DNA of 64,000 nucleotides from an uncultured Lachnospiraceae bacterium (GCA_949484645.1 CASYOT010000002.1:66912-130911); one strand, 5' to 3'. Shown: positions 50,801-59,142, counted from the stretch's first letter. Notes: a model not told the origin generated them from the letters alone. Numbers and translations are program-made.

Positions 50801-51852
50801 CAAAAGCTTTGGACGATGCGATGAAAGGTTTAGCAGAGAAATCTGATGACCTGATAGAAGCAGAAGAAGCTTTGGCAAAGACAATCGAATCTGCAGGAGA
50901 AAAAATTGAAGCAGGTCAGGGAGAGTATACAAACGCAAGTTGGAAAGCATTCCAAGATGCCTACAATGCAGCCTTGAAAGGGAATGAGTCAGATGACAAG
51001 GCAGAAGTGCAGAAGCTGGATAATGCTTTAAAGAAAGCAATGGCAGGCTTAATTACAAATGCCCAGCAGGCAGAAAACGATAAAGCGGCGGCAATCCAAT
51101 CTGCAAAGAATGCCTTGCAGAATGAAATAAACGCTTCCAAAACTAAATATAGCGCAGGAGCTAAGAAATATACATCTGCAACATGGACTCCATTTAAAAA
51201 AGCTTACGATGCTGCAGTTGCAGGTAAAAATTCAACTGATGTAAACAAGTTGAAGAAGCTAAGAACTGATCTATATAACGCAAGGATAAAATTAAAAATT
51301 CAACCGCCGGCATCGTCCTCTGGTACAGGATCTACACAAACGAAGAAATTAAGCAAGTCAGATTATACAGATGTAAAAGACATTCGTTATACAGTAATCG
51401 ATCCGGAGAAATGTACAGTTGAAGCGGCAGGCTTAAAAAAGAATATGAAAAAAGCCAACATTCTGTCGACAGTAGAAGTGAAGGGCATAGAATGTAAAGT
51501 AACTCAAATTAAAGCCAACGGCTTTAAAAAGTACACGAAATTAACGACTGTCACAATTGGCGCAAATGTTGAGAAGATTGGAAAAGCCGCTTTTTCAGGA
51601 TGTAAATCCATCACAAAGCTTACAATCGGCGCAAATGTGAAATCAATAGATGCGCAGAGTTTCTCAGGTTGTAAAAAAATTAAGAATATTGTGATTAAGT
51701 CAAAGAAACTTACTTCGATTGGGAAGAAAGCATTTAAAGGCGTCACTGCAAAAGCAAAAGTGAAACTTCCGAAACTGAAGGGCAGCGCCGCTAAAAAATT
51801 AAAACAAAAGTTGATAAAAGCAGGCGTGAATAAGAAAGCAAAAATAAAGTAA
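44857..51852 (+). CDS. Giant secreted multi-domain glycoside hydrolase, GH101-like (putative endo-alpha-N-acetylgalactosaminidase) with CarboxypepD_reg-like, CBM32/F5-8 type C, Big_2, multiple FIVAR repeats, BspA-type leucine-rich repeats and a Lys-rich C-terminal tail
   Basis: Signal peptide. Central region contains YLDVWYG ... FSTEFGDEGE, consistent with a GH101 nucleophile and acid/base. Galactose-binding-like motif KAIDGESGTQWHSQW. Six or seven repeats GQGNYTxxSWxxFxxAYxxA (FIVAR). Leucine-rich repeats TIGANVEKIGKAAFSGCKSI. Length 2331 aa. Confidence 0.55.
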   Translation: MKETGSKRKIRSFIAGTLAFLLMVTTALSGFPPIQAQAAARKIWHRVETGSGNGNGHAYSDASTNPAAVLLHQDKIEWESTFNVTYEKQGDAPNKARLGFFYSYLNDSNWLYVGSNPDGSWYYEYNLGGSTGYPSLEGLPAITDTSRAEISVSVAREALTVTVNGVKVQVANKDVFEGLKEAIGNEGRPGFRAGKNGTEHTFFRFTDAKTKGAPLSDDGWSFLADCEGQVHNQETIPVYSVTGAVKDGNTPVENAVVRVGEESVRTAADGSFSLSVEQGTYVVSVSASGYQAYSQENVEINADKDLGEIALTKKDAVNYEYFISNGTIKAAVSNEFPQVFQYELTLGEDGAKKIFAGQETKLTEMRIGAYNPAYGEDKSVPQVNLKDIEPTLKSFEKEEDHAVYVMNLKDAEAQIDFDMTVKISVSENDLIWEVTNITKNSGCVKINTIDVPELNLVTITDLQVDTQFMGAVISGDTNAIGDREITFEDGFVANNSGGYAYGFLSADGISAGVWSNSEMVSDNRLVRNNGVDSMSLTSAAWYYDYNNDATFSYTDYTDATKNKTLTFSDYDSVAGVAGGVPISELPCAKVCFAADENEDSVVDWQDGAIAYRDIMNNPYGSENTKDLVNYRISMNFNSQATNPYLKTADNIKKVYLATDGLPQAVMMKGYGSEGHDSANSEYGYIADRLGGLEELKQLNTIAHNYNVQMGIHINAQECYPEAQTFSNDLVNGVNSRGWGWLDQSYNINRAYDLGSGLRYKRLLQLYDQLNDTSLYANKWPGVAGQGEDETVADAETIARTVAEKKKTTTENLDFMYLDVWYGASWETRKIAQQFNSLGWRFSTEFGDEGEYDSTWQHWATEGHYGGSAKKGLNSDVIRFIRNHQKDSFVLNYPSYGGTADNPLLGGFDLGGFEGWGGSNDSFNDYIIKTFLVNLPTKFLQHYKVYKWENYEDGGSPVGNHEKEITLVNDDKTEKVVVTRNEDQITSVSGNQSLDYVERTIKLNGKKVLDNATYLLPWTDWETDEEKLYHFNYEGGATTWELQDSWKNLGSVTVYALTDVGRTAKKTVPVTNGSITLDADAKMPYIVVKDETSEKKEIKEPWSEHAHVVDSGFNNYSGVNVDLGEEGPECPECKKEDKTTKTKYNYYMGSKFVCPVCKYEMGADAADKFKYEEQGNPLDKEIWSGDINDVKVVRIGSTGNKYLQMGSETETQSVSTTISDLEPGTDYVAQVYVENKSDAKAWIKVTGGSEDVSNYTLRSLAENYVQCDAHSRRAVSGSRMQIMQVPFTADSSTATLTLEREAGEDITYFDDIRIVDKKINNIQADGSFKQDFESVVSGMYPFVLGPAQGVTDHVTHLSELHAPYTQSGWGGKESLDDVLEGKWSLKHHGNNTGIIYRTIPQNLHFEAGQTYNISFDYQSGQRGQYYIVIGEGDEVIQTLDYMENTAENPLGGPSETKTYEFRMVGADSGQSWFGLASAAASLSKDENDNIKAYGLVDFVLDNLEVKKVGVKISASASTVTSAKDPITLTAEFSDELDESNLVTWTSSDENVVKVVPDPEDSKICHAYFVGFGNATITMRTMVGVQEIELPWAVSFPEIFELPSEEQKKAEWAGVYANTESATDNDTKEKAIDGESGTQWHSQWASPAFVVSETNPALLTVKIADGDNISNYNRVTIQQRTGNVNGLVKKYKCVVGDEFDETTHTVSGNVYTTDVITAKKTGQGEREVCVLPAGTAGKYLQIQVLEGEGTFASIAELELDKAGTNNTDEEQGYFEENGSSWSNKITEALEATLENADAVEKAGRGDYSEESWAVFEAALNAAKDRPADATPQQLLELQQDLVLAISNLTVSLDKARTEFEKVFDEAKNIYNAGQGNYTDASWESFKKVYEDVDVIKDSQDPKVLVKGRQMLEKALEGLKEKTPEQIEFEQAQQELKQSMDSASKKISEGQGNYTTTSWKKLVKAYEDAKEGKNSEDKETLKALTKALDDAMKGLAEKSDDLIEAEEALAKTIESAGEKIEAGQGEYTNASWKAFQDAYNAALKGNESDDKAEVQKLDNALKKAMAGLITNAQQAENDKAAAIQSAKNALQNEINASKTKYSAGAKKYTSATWTPFKKAYDAAVAGKNSTDVNKLKKLRTDLYNARIKLKIQPPASSSGTGSTQTKKLSKSDYTDVKDIRYTVIDPEKCTVEAAGLKKNMKKANILSTVEVKGIECKVTQIKANGFKKYTKLTTVTIGANVEKIGKAAFSGCKSITKLTIGANVKSIDAQSFSGCKKIKNIVIKSKKLTSIGKKAFKGVTAKAKVKLPKLKGSAAKKLKQKLIKAGVNKKAKIK

Positions 51853-51923
51853 AAGGCAAAATCACAAAGTTATCATTAGAAAGGGGCATACGTTTGTATG
51901 CCTCTTTCAAGTAGAGAATAAGA

Positions 51924-52679
51924 ATGGAACGAACGGAAAGAGAAAAGCAAATAGAGTATGAAACATATCTGGCGAAGCGGCGGGCTTTGAAAAGAAAGAA
52001 ACGGCAGAGGAAAGCGGCTTTTCAGATACTAATGTCACTTATAATCATTATTATAATAGGAATCATAGGCTGGCAATCTGTGAAATTCATAAAAGGCAGA
52101 AATGGAAAGCCTGTTTCAGTAAAATCAGAATTGCCAAAAAAAATTGTAAAAACGCCGCCGGATTACGACATACAGTATTTAACGGTTAATCCTTATTCAA
52201 GGCCGGGGATTCCGTTAGAAAAAGTGAACGGGGTTGTTGTGCATTATACGGCAAACCCTTCCACAACAGCGCAGCAAAACAGAGATTATTTTGAGGGATT
52301 GAGTTTGTCAGGTGAAACGTCCGTCAGCAGTCATTTTGTAATAGGAATAGAGGGGGAAGTGATTCTGTGCATTCCCTGTGATGAAATTGCATATGCTTCA
52401 AATGAGAGAAATGCGGATACCATCTCTATTGAGTGCTGTATTCCGGACGAATCAGGAAAATTTGCTGATGCGACATACGATACATTAATCCATTTACTGG
52501 CATGGCTGGCGGGAAAATATGATTTGGAAACAGATGACATTATCCGTCATTATGACGTTACGGGGAAAAACTGCCCAAAATATTATGTGGAGTATGAATC
52601 CGCATGGGAAGCATTGAAAATGGACGTCAGAAATTATATAGAACATAACGGAGCGATTGAGGAAACGACAGAGGAGTAA
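51924..52679 (+). CDS. N-acetylmuramoyl-L-alanine amidase (Amidase_2/PGRP domain) with an N-terminal membrane anchor
   Basis: VVHYTANP...SSHFVIG...ISIECC...IIRHYDVTGKNCPKYY Zn-amidase motifs. Length 251 aa. Confidence 0.8.
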   Translation: MERTEREKQIEYETYLAKRRALKRKKRQRKAAFQILMSLIIIIIIGIIGWQSVKFIKGRNGKPVSVKSELPKKIVKTPPDYDIQYLTVNPYSRPGIPLEKVNGVVVHYTANPSTTAQQNRDYFEGLSLSGETSVSSHFVIGIEGEVILCIPCDEIAYASNERNADTISIECCIPDESGKFADATYDTLIHLLAWLAGKYDLETDDIIRHYDVTGKNCPKYYVEYESAWEALKMDVRNYIEHNGAIEETTEE

Positions 52680-52683
52680 AAAT

Positions 52684-54171
52684 ATGATAGAAAAGCTTTT
52701 TCATAAGGCGCTGCGTCAAGAAGAAACACGCAAAGCGTTAAGTGAAATACGGGCGGCAATTAAGGAAGAAGAATTATACTGGGAAGCGTTAGAATTTTTT
52801 GGAAATGGGGAAGCGTTAGGGCCATTTCTTCTGCATGAAGATGCGAAAGTAAGAAAAAATGCCGCCGCCCTGCTTGGCGATTTGGAAATGGAAGAAGCGG
52901 CAGAAGAACTATACCGCGCATATCAGAGAGAAGAAAAATTATTTGTAAAAAGCGCGTTGCTTTGGGCTTTGGATAAGACGAATCCATACCCATATATGGA
53001 AGAACTTTTAAAGAGATATGATTATTTACGCAGTAAGGAAGTAAAGGAGGAGGAAAAAAAGCATATTCGGGAAGAACTCCATGCTCTGGAACGGATATTA
53101 CGAAAAGATGGAGAAAGCGGGCGGCATATATTTTCTGGTTGGAATCAAAAATATGCCGTTCTTTTGACAACTCCTTCCAATTATGCGAAATTGACGGCGG
53201 ATAAGATACAGGCGTACAAAAAAGGGGTCACTCCGCTTGGCGTACAGGCGATTGTGGATTCATTGCGGGAGATAACCAAACTTAGGACATACCGTGAATT
53301 GTTGTTTTTGGTTGCTTTAGGACGGGATATTGGCATAGAAGACGGGCCAAAAGCTCTTGGGGAAGCGCTGGCGGATTCCAAACTGCTTCAGTTACTGGAA
53401 CGAAGCCATGAGAAAGGAGAGGCTTTTTTCTTCCGTCTGGATTTTAAAAGCCGCCTGACTTTGGAAGAAAGGAGCCGTTATCTGAGACGGGCGGCGGCAG
53501 TCTTAGAGGAAAAGACAAACCGCAGAATGGTAAATATGCCGGAGGATTATGAATTTGAGATCCGCTTGTATATCAATAAAAATGGGAAAATCCGCGCGTT
53601 TCTAAAAATGCTTTCTATCCCGATGGAGCGTTTTTCTTATCGTAAACAAACAATTTCCGCTTCTATCCATCCGTCGCTTGCCGCATTGCTTTTAGAACTT
53701 GCTAGACCATATTTGAAACCAAATGCGCAGATTTTAGACCCTTGCTGCGGCGTTGGGACGATGTTGGTGGAGCGGCATAAGATAATGCCTGTCAGGGAGG
53801 CATATGCGATTGATATTTTTGGGGAGGCAGTTGAAAAGGGCAAAGAGAATGCTCTGGCGGCGGGAATGGACGTGAATTTTATCCATAAAGATTATCTGGT
53901 ATTCCGGCATAACTATCCATTTGATGAAATTATTGCCAATCTGCCGCTTAGGGGAAAGAGGAGTAAAGAAGAACAGGATGCGTTTTATGAGGGATTTTTT
54001 GAGAAATCTCAGGAACTCTTGGCGCAAAACGGCATTATGGTTTTATATTCAAATGAAAACGGATTTGTGAAAAAACAGCTCCGTCTGAATCCGTGTTTTC
54101 GGTTATATCAGGAGTATCTTATTTTTGAAAAAGAAGGTTTTTATCTGTATATAATTGGAATAAAGAAATAA
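52684..54171 (+). CDS. HEAT-repeat protein fused to an UPF0020/RlmL-like SAM-dependent methyltransferase domain with a degenerate catalytic motif
   Basis: N-terminal PBS-lyase/HEAT-like repeat (VRKNAAALLGDLEMEEAAEEL). C-terminal SAM-binding DPCCGVGTMLVE. The motif IV position reads ANLPLRG instead of (D/N)PPYG. Confidence 0.5.
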   Translation: MIEKLFHKALRQEETRKALSEIRAAIKEEELYWEALEFFGNGEALGPFLLHEDAKVRKNAAALLGDLEMEEAAEELYRAYQREEKLFVKSALLWALDKTNPYPYMEELLKRYDYLRSKEVKEEEKKHIREELHALERILRKDGESGRHIFSGWNQKYAVLLTTPSNYAKLTADKIQAYKKGVTPLGVQAIVDSLREITKLRTYRELLFLVALGRDIGIEDGPKALGEALADSKLLQLLERSHEKGEAFFFRLDFKSRLTLEERSRYLRRAAAVLEEKTNRRMVNMPEDYEFEIRLYINKNGKIRAFLKMLSIPMERFSYRKQTISASIHPSLAALLLELARPYLKPNAQILDPCCGVGTMLVERHKIMPVREAYAIDIFGEAVEKGKENALAAGMDVNFIHKDYLVFRHNYPFDEIIANLPLRGKRSKEEQDAFYEGFFEKSQELLAQNGIMVLYSNENGFVKKQLRLNPCFRLYQEYLIFEKEGFYLYIIGIKK

Positions 54172-54310
54172 GAAACCGGCTGAATGTCTGGAGGCCGTAA
54201 ATCTGAAAAAACTATTAAAATTCCTTAATTTCATTTTCGTGGAAGTGAATTTGTGATAAAATACAAGCGTTTCTTAGGAGAAAGAAAACAGCGTTGCGAT
54301 GGAGGATGAG

Positions 54311-57300
54311 ATGATTAAGTATAGCGTGAAAAAGCCATTTACGGTATTAGTCGCAGTGATTATTGTATTGGTAATTGGATTGGTTTCACTTACAGGAATG
54401 AAAACGGATTTACTGCCGGACATGAGTATGCCGTACATGATGGTGATTACGACTTATCCGGGGGCAAGCCCGGAAAAAGTGGAGGAAAGCGTTACAAAAC
54501 CAATGGAGGGAGCATTGGGGACGATAAACGGCGTAGAAGACGTGACAAGTTCCAGTTCTGAAAATTACAGTATGGTTATGCTGGAGTTTGAAGAAGACAC
54601 GAGCATGGATTCTGCGATGGTAAAAGTTTCCTCGGCGATTAACCAAATAGAATCGGCGCTGCCGGAGACATGCGGCGCGCCGAATATTTTAGAGATTAGC
54701 ATGGATATGATGGCGACGATGTACGCCAGCGTCAGTTATGAAGGGAAAGACATTTATGAGTTGTCTGGCTTTACGGAAGAAGTGGTGATTCCGTATTTTG
54801 AACGGCAGGCGGGCGTGGCGAGCATATCGGAAATCGGCATAGTGGAAAAGTCGGTGGAAGTTCGGCTGAATCAGGAAAAAATTGATAAAATAAATGATCA
54901 AATATTGGTAAAGACAAATGACAAGCTTTCAGAGGCGCAGTCAGAGCTTTCCGAAGCGGAAAATTCATTGGCGGACGCAAAGTCAAAAATCAATAAACAA
55001 GAGCAGGATTTGTCAAATCAGCAAAATTCGACAACGACGGAACTTGCGGATGCGACATTAAAATTAAATGAAGCGGTTGCTTCGAGGGCGGCGTATGAAT
55101 CCCAGCTTACCAGCCTAAAAGCAAGTAAAAGCGCTTTAGAAGGTGAGAAAAAGGCATATAAAGAGAATAAAATAGAAAGTACATATAACAGCATAAACGA
55201 TATGTTTGCGCAGCTTTCCGCCGCTGTTGCAGGGATTTCCGCGCAGCTAGGGGAAGCCAGCCCGTTGGATGCGTCTGCGATGCCGGCAGATATAAAAGAT
55301 GCAATCGACAATCCGGATAAATTGAACTATTTCAAAACGGCAGTGGAAACGCTTGCGGGAATGCCTAATTCACAGATAGATAAGGGCATGGTTCGTCAGG
55401 CAAAGGAACTAGACAAAAAAACATTAAAACAGCTTTATGACATTGTAAACGTCCGCCTTCCGCAAATAGAGACGGAGCTGGCGAATCTGGAGGTAGAGAT
55501 TAAAGTAGCGGAAGAAGTCTTAAAGCAGGTGGAAACCCAGATGGCGTCCATTGACGAGGCGTATAAGCAGGCGGAACAAGGCAAAATATCTGCGGCGGCG
55601 GGGTTTGGTTCCGGCGGCGCGCAGATTGCCGCGGCAAAGACGGCAATGGAAGAAGCGCAGGAAGAATTGGAAAATGCCAATAAGACGTATCAGGATTCTG
55701 TTGCGGAAGCGAGGAAAAATGCGAATATCAATCAAATGTTGACGTTAGAAGCGCTTTCTGGCATGATCTATGCGCAAAATTTTTCTATGCCGGCAGGATA
55801 TATCGACGATGAAAATGAGAAACAATGGCTTTTAAAAGTAGGGGAAAATTATACTTCGGCGGAAGAATTAGAAAAAATGACGCTCTGTGAGATAGACGGC
55901 ATTGGGGACGTTCATTTGAATGACGTTGCGGATATTACGACGATTGACAATGCCGGAGAAACATATGCGAAGGTCAATCAGGACGCCGGAGTGATTCTAT
56001 CTATTTTTAAAGGCAGTACGGCGGGCACAAGCGATGTTTCAGAAGCCTGTTTAAACGCAATAGAGGAATTAAAAGAGGACTACCCAAAATTGAACATTAC
56101 GCCGTTAGTGAATCAGGGGGAATATATTTCTATGCTGATTCAAAGCATTGTGTCCAGCATGGTGATTGGGGCGCTGCTTGCGATTTTCATTTTGGCAGTC
56201 TTTTTGATGGATATACGCCCAACGATCGTCGTTGCGTTTAGTATCCCGTTCAGCGTTTTGACGGCAATCGTCATTATGTATTTTGCAGGCATTTCCATCA
56301 ACATGATGTCCCTGTCAGGGCTTTCTTTGGCAGTAGGTATGCTGGTGGATAACTCCATTGTTGTAATAGAAAATATTTACCGTCTGCGGTATCGGGGCTT
56401 AAGTTCTCCCCGTTCTGCCGTTCAAGGGGCAAAACAGGTGGCTGGGGCGATTATAGCGTCAACGCTTACGACGATTTGCGTATTTTTCCCGATGGTGTTT
56501 ACGACGGGCATGGTGAGGGATTTGCTGTTGCCGTTTGCTTTGACGATTACGTTTGCCCTGACGGCTTCCTTAGCTGTTGCGCTGACAGTAGTGCCTACGA
56601 TGGGGGCGGCAATGCTTCGGAAGGCGAAACCGAAACAGCATCGTATTTTTGATAAGATTCAGGAAGGCTATGCGGCGGCGCTTAAGTTTTGCCTGAGATT
56701 TAAAATTGTTCCGCTTGGAATTTCTGTCGGGCTTTTGGCGATTTGCATTGCCGCGGTTATGAAAATGGGGATCGTGTTAATCCCGGATATGGGTAGCGAC
56801 CAGATTTCCGTAACGGTGACGATCCCGGAAGAAGACACGAAAGAAACGGCTTATCAAAAAGCAGACGATGTGATGGAAGCGATTCTTGGGATTGAGGGAG
56901 TTGGATATGTAGGAGCCATGGACGGCAGCAGTTCTGCCGGATTAATGGGCGGCATGACGGGCGGTTCTTCGGATAATTTCAGTAATTTTTCGTATTTTGT
57001 TCTTCCCGCGGAGGAATATAACAGCAAATCTCAGGTGGAGGGCATTTGCGATGCGATTTTAGAACATACGAAAGAGTTTGAGTGCGAAGTGGCAGTGTCA
57101 AATTCTATGATGGGTGAAATGGATCAAATGCTTGGCAGCGGCCTTCAGCTTGACATAGGCGGTTCGGATTTGGATCAACTGCTGTTGGTAAGTGAAGAAA
57201 TTATGGAGATGTTGGAGGGTGTGGAAGGTTTTTCTAATATCAGCAATGGGCAGGAGGAAGCGGACGAGGAAATTCATCTGAATATTGATAAAGATGCATC

Positions 57301-58309
57301 TATGCGGCTTGGTTTGACGGGAGCGCAGATTTATGGAGATATTTCTGACAGGCTGACAACGGATAAAACGGCGGTTACGCTGACAGTAGACGACACTGAC
57401 ATGGACGTGAAAATAGTCGATGAAACGAATCTGCTGACGAAAGAAAACCTGATGGATATGGAATTTGAAACGCAGAAGACGGACGACGATGGCAAAACTG
57501 TGACGGAAACGCACAAGCTGAGTGAATTTGCGACGCTGGAGTATGGTAACAGCGTAGCGGGGATAAACCGCGCAAACGGACAAAGGCAGATGAGCGTGAC
57601 TGCGGAGACAAAAGAGGGGTACAATACTACGATTTTGTCAAGGGAAGTGGAAGAACTGCTGGCAGAGTATGAATTGCCGGAAGGCTATAGCGTAGAATTT
57701 GGCGGGGAAACGTCAAATACAAATGATATGATGAACCAGATGTCAAAGCTTCTGCTTTTAGGCTTCCTTCTGATTTATCTTGTCATGGTGGCGCAGTTTC
57801 AAAGCCTTCTGTCTCCATTTATCGTTATTTTTACGGTTCCGCTGGCATTTACGGGCGGGCTGCTTGCTATGCTGTTTACGGGCGAGCAGATGTCTTTAAT
57901 TACGCTGATGGGATTTTTGGTGCTGATGGGGACGGTTGTAAATAACGGGATTGTGTTTGTGGATTATACGAACCAGCTTCGCATAGGAGGAATGGAGCGA
58001 AAAGATGCTCTGGCAGCGACTGGGAAAACGCGTATGCGTCCCATTTTAATGACGGCGTTTACGACTATTCTGGCCATGCTTGCAATGGTGTTCAGCCAAG
58101 ATACGGCAAGTGAGCTTGGCAGGGGAATGGCGCTTGTCGTAGCGGGCGGCTTGTTCTATGCAACGTTTATGACGATGTTTATCGTTCCGGTGATGTACGA
58201 TATTCTTTACCGCAAAGAAGTAATCGTCGTAGACGTTGGGGACGATTCTATGGACGATGCGCCGGACGACGCCGCGGAATTTATTGAACAGATGGAGCGT
58301 GGGAACTAG
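54311..58309 (+). CDS. RND-family efflux permease (AcrB/HAE1-like) with a ~280-aa coiled-coil insertion in the first periplasmic loop
   Basis: AcrB-like N-terminus (TYPGASPEKVEESVTKPME). Twelve transmembrane segments in two 6-TM bundles. Residues ~190-480 are heptad-rich coiled coil (SEAQSELSEAENSLADAKSKINKQEQDL...). GGAGGA Shine-Dalgarno sequence before the ATG at 54311. Confidence 0.8.
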   Translation: MIKYSVKKPFTVLVAVIIVLVIGLVSLTGMKTDLLPDMSMPYMMVITTYPGASPEKVEESVTKPMEGALGTINGVEDVTSSSSENYSMVMLEFEEDTSMDSAMVKVSSAINQIESALPETCGAPNILEISMDMMATMYASVSYEGKDIYELSGFTEEVVIPYFERQAGVASISEIGIVEKSVEVRLNQEKIDKINDQILVKTNDKLSEAQSELSEAENSLADAKSKINKQEQDLSNQQNSTTTELADATLKLNEAVASRAAYESQLTSLKASKSALEGEKKAYKENKIESTYNSINDMFAQLSAAVAGISAQLGEASPLDASAMPADIKDAIDNPDKLNYFKTAVETLAGMPNSQIDKGMVRQAKELDKKTLKQLYDIVNVRLPQIETELANLEVEIKVAEEVLKQVETQMASIDEAYKQAEQGKISAAAGFGSGGAQIAAAKTAMEEAQEELENANKTYQDSVAEARKNANINQMLTLEALSGMIYAQNFSMPAGYIDDENEKQWLLKVGENYTSAEELEKMTLCEIDGIGDVHLNDVADITTIDNAGETYAKVNQDAGVILSIFKGSTAGTSDVSEACLNAIEELKEDYPKLNITPLVNQGEYISMLIQSIVSSMVIGALLAIFILAVFLMDIRPTIVVAFSIPFSVLTAIVIMYFAGISINMMSLSGLSLAVGMLVDNSIVVIENIYRLRYRGLSSPRSAVQGAKQVAGAIIASTLTTICVFFPMVFTTGMVRDLLLPFALTITFALTASLAVALTVVPTMGAAMLRKAKPKQHRIFDKIQEGYAAALKFCLRFKIVPLGISVGLLAICIAAVMKMGIVLIPDMGSDQISVTVTIPEEDTKETAYQKADDVMEAILGIEGVGYVGAMDGSSSAGLMGGMTGGSSDNFSNFSYFVLPAEEYNSKSQVEGICDAILEHTKEFECEVAVSNSMMGEMDQMLGSGLQLDIGGSDLDQLLLVSEEIMEMLEGVEGFSNISNGQEEADEEIHLNIDKDASMRLGLTGAQIYGDISDRLTTDKTAVTLTVDDTDMDVKIVDETNLLTKENLMDMEFETQKTDDDGKTVTETHKLSEFATLEYGNSVAGINRANGQRQMSVTAETKEGYNTTILSREVEELLAEYELPEGYSVEFGGETSNTNDMMNQMSKLLLLGFLLIYLVMVAQFQSLLSPFIVIFTVPLAFTGGLLAMLFTGEQMSLITLMGFLVLMGTVVNNGIVFVDYTNQLRIGGMERKDALAATGKTRMRPILMTAFTTILAMLAMVFSQDTASELGRGMALVVAGGLFYATFMTMFIVPVMYDILYRKEVIVVDVGDDSMDDAPDDAAEFIEQMERGN

Positions 58310-58327
58310 GTTCCATTCGCATATCGT

Positions 58328-58532
58328 GGGATTGAAGGATAATAATATAAAAAACAGAATCGAAGAATTTGTAGGAAATTATCATGAAAAACAGAATTGA
58401 TGAGTTTGTAGAAAATTATCATAAAAAACAGAATCGAAGAATCTGTAGGAAATTATCATAAAAACAGAATTGATGAGTTTGTAGAAAATTATCATAAAAA
58501 ACAGAACCGATGTATTTGTAAAAAATTATATT
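58328..58532. repeat. Five tandem ~37-bp units in an alternating A-B-A-B-A' pattern
   Basis: aaaaacagaatcgaagaatttgtaggaaattatcat / aaaaacagaattgatgagtttgtagaaaattatcat alternate. The last unit pairs with a downstream ggttctgttttt sequence to form a hairpin. Confidence 0.8.
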
Positions 58533-58617
58533 ACAATCATTGGTTCTGTTTTTGTAAATTAAGGCTCTATTTATAAAGTATACAAAAAAACGGTAAAAAG
58601 TGGGAATGTAAATTATA

Positions 58618-58914
58618 TTATGCTTTTACGGTTGGCAGATGGCTCAGGTTGTTGTCGTCAGTTCCGTCGGGAATGGATTTTAAATATTCCGTGTCTTTCC
58701 GGTGCGCAATGCCGACGCCGGAAATGCCGCCTGCTTTGGCAAGGGCAACGCCTTCCTGCTTATCCACAATGCGGTTATCTGATAACTGGTATCCGGTGAT
58801 TTTTCCGCCTTTTTTCACAAGGCCGATAATTTCTTTTGCATCTGCGGAAGGTGTGGGAATTTCATCTAATGTGTTTGCGGCAAAAGAAATGCCGGTATTT
58901 TCTTCTAAGTTCAT
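58618..58914 (-). CDS. DUF3892-like small protein
   Basis: 98 aa. C-terminal ...YLKSIPDGTDDNNLSHLP resembles the DUF3892 signature. Confidence 0.4.
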   Translation of the reverse strand: MNLEENTGISFAANTLDEIPTPSADAKEIIGLVKKGGKITGYQLSDNRIVDKQEGVALAKAGGISGVGIAHRKDTEYLKSIPDGTDDNNLSHLPTVKA

Positions 58915-59142
58915 GTTTAATTCCTCCTTTCGACATTAGTTTGTGAAGGAAATAGGGAAAATATGACTGGAAAATCTTTGGGTCGGCTTGCTGAATAAAC
59001 GGCTGGAATTTGTAACTTGTGTTGTGTGGAATTGAATTGTAAAGATGTTTAAAATATTTTTTAATATGAAAAAAATAAGGAGTGACGGAAGATAGGATAC
59101 ATGCTATAATAAATATATTGTAAAAAAGAAAAACGGATAGAT

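Noticed and set aside
58328-58532. Possible CRISPR array
   Set aside because: Units are directly adjacent with no unique spacers. The period is ~37 bp, the sequence is AT-rich, and there are no cas genes in the window.
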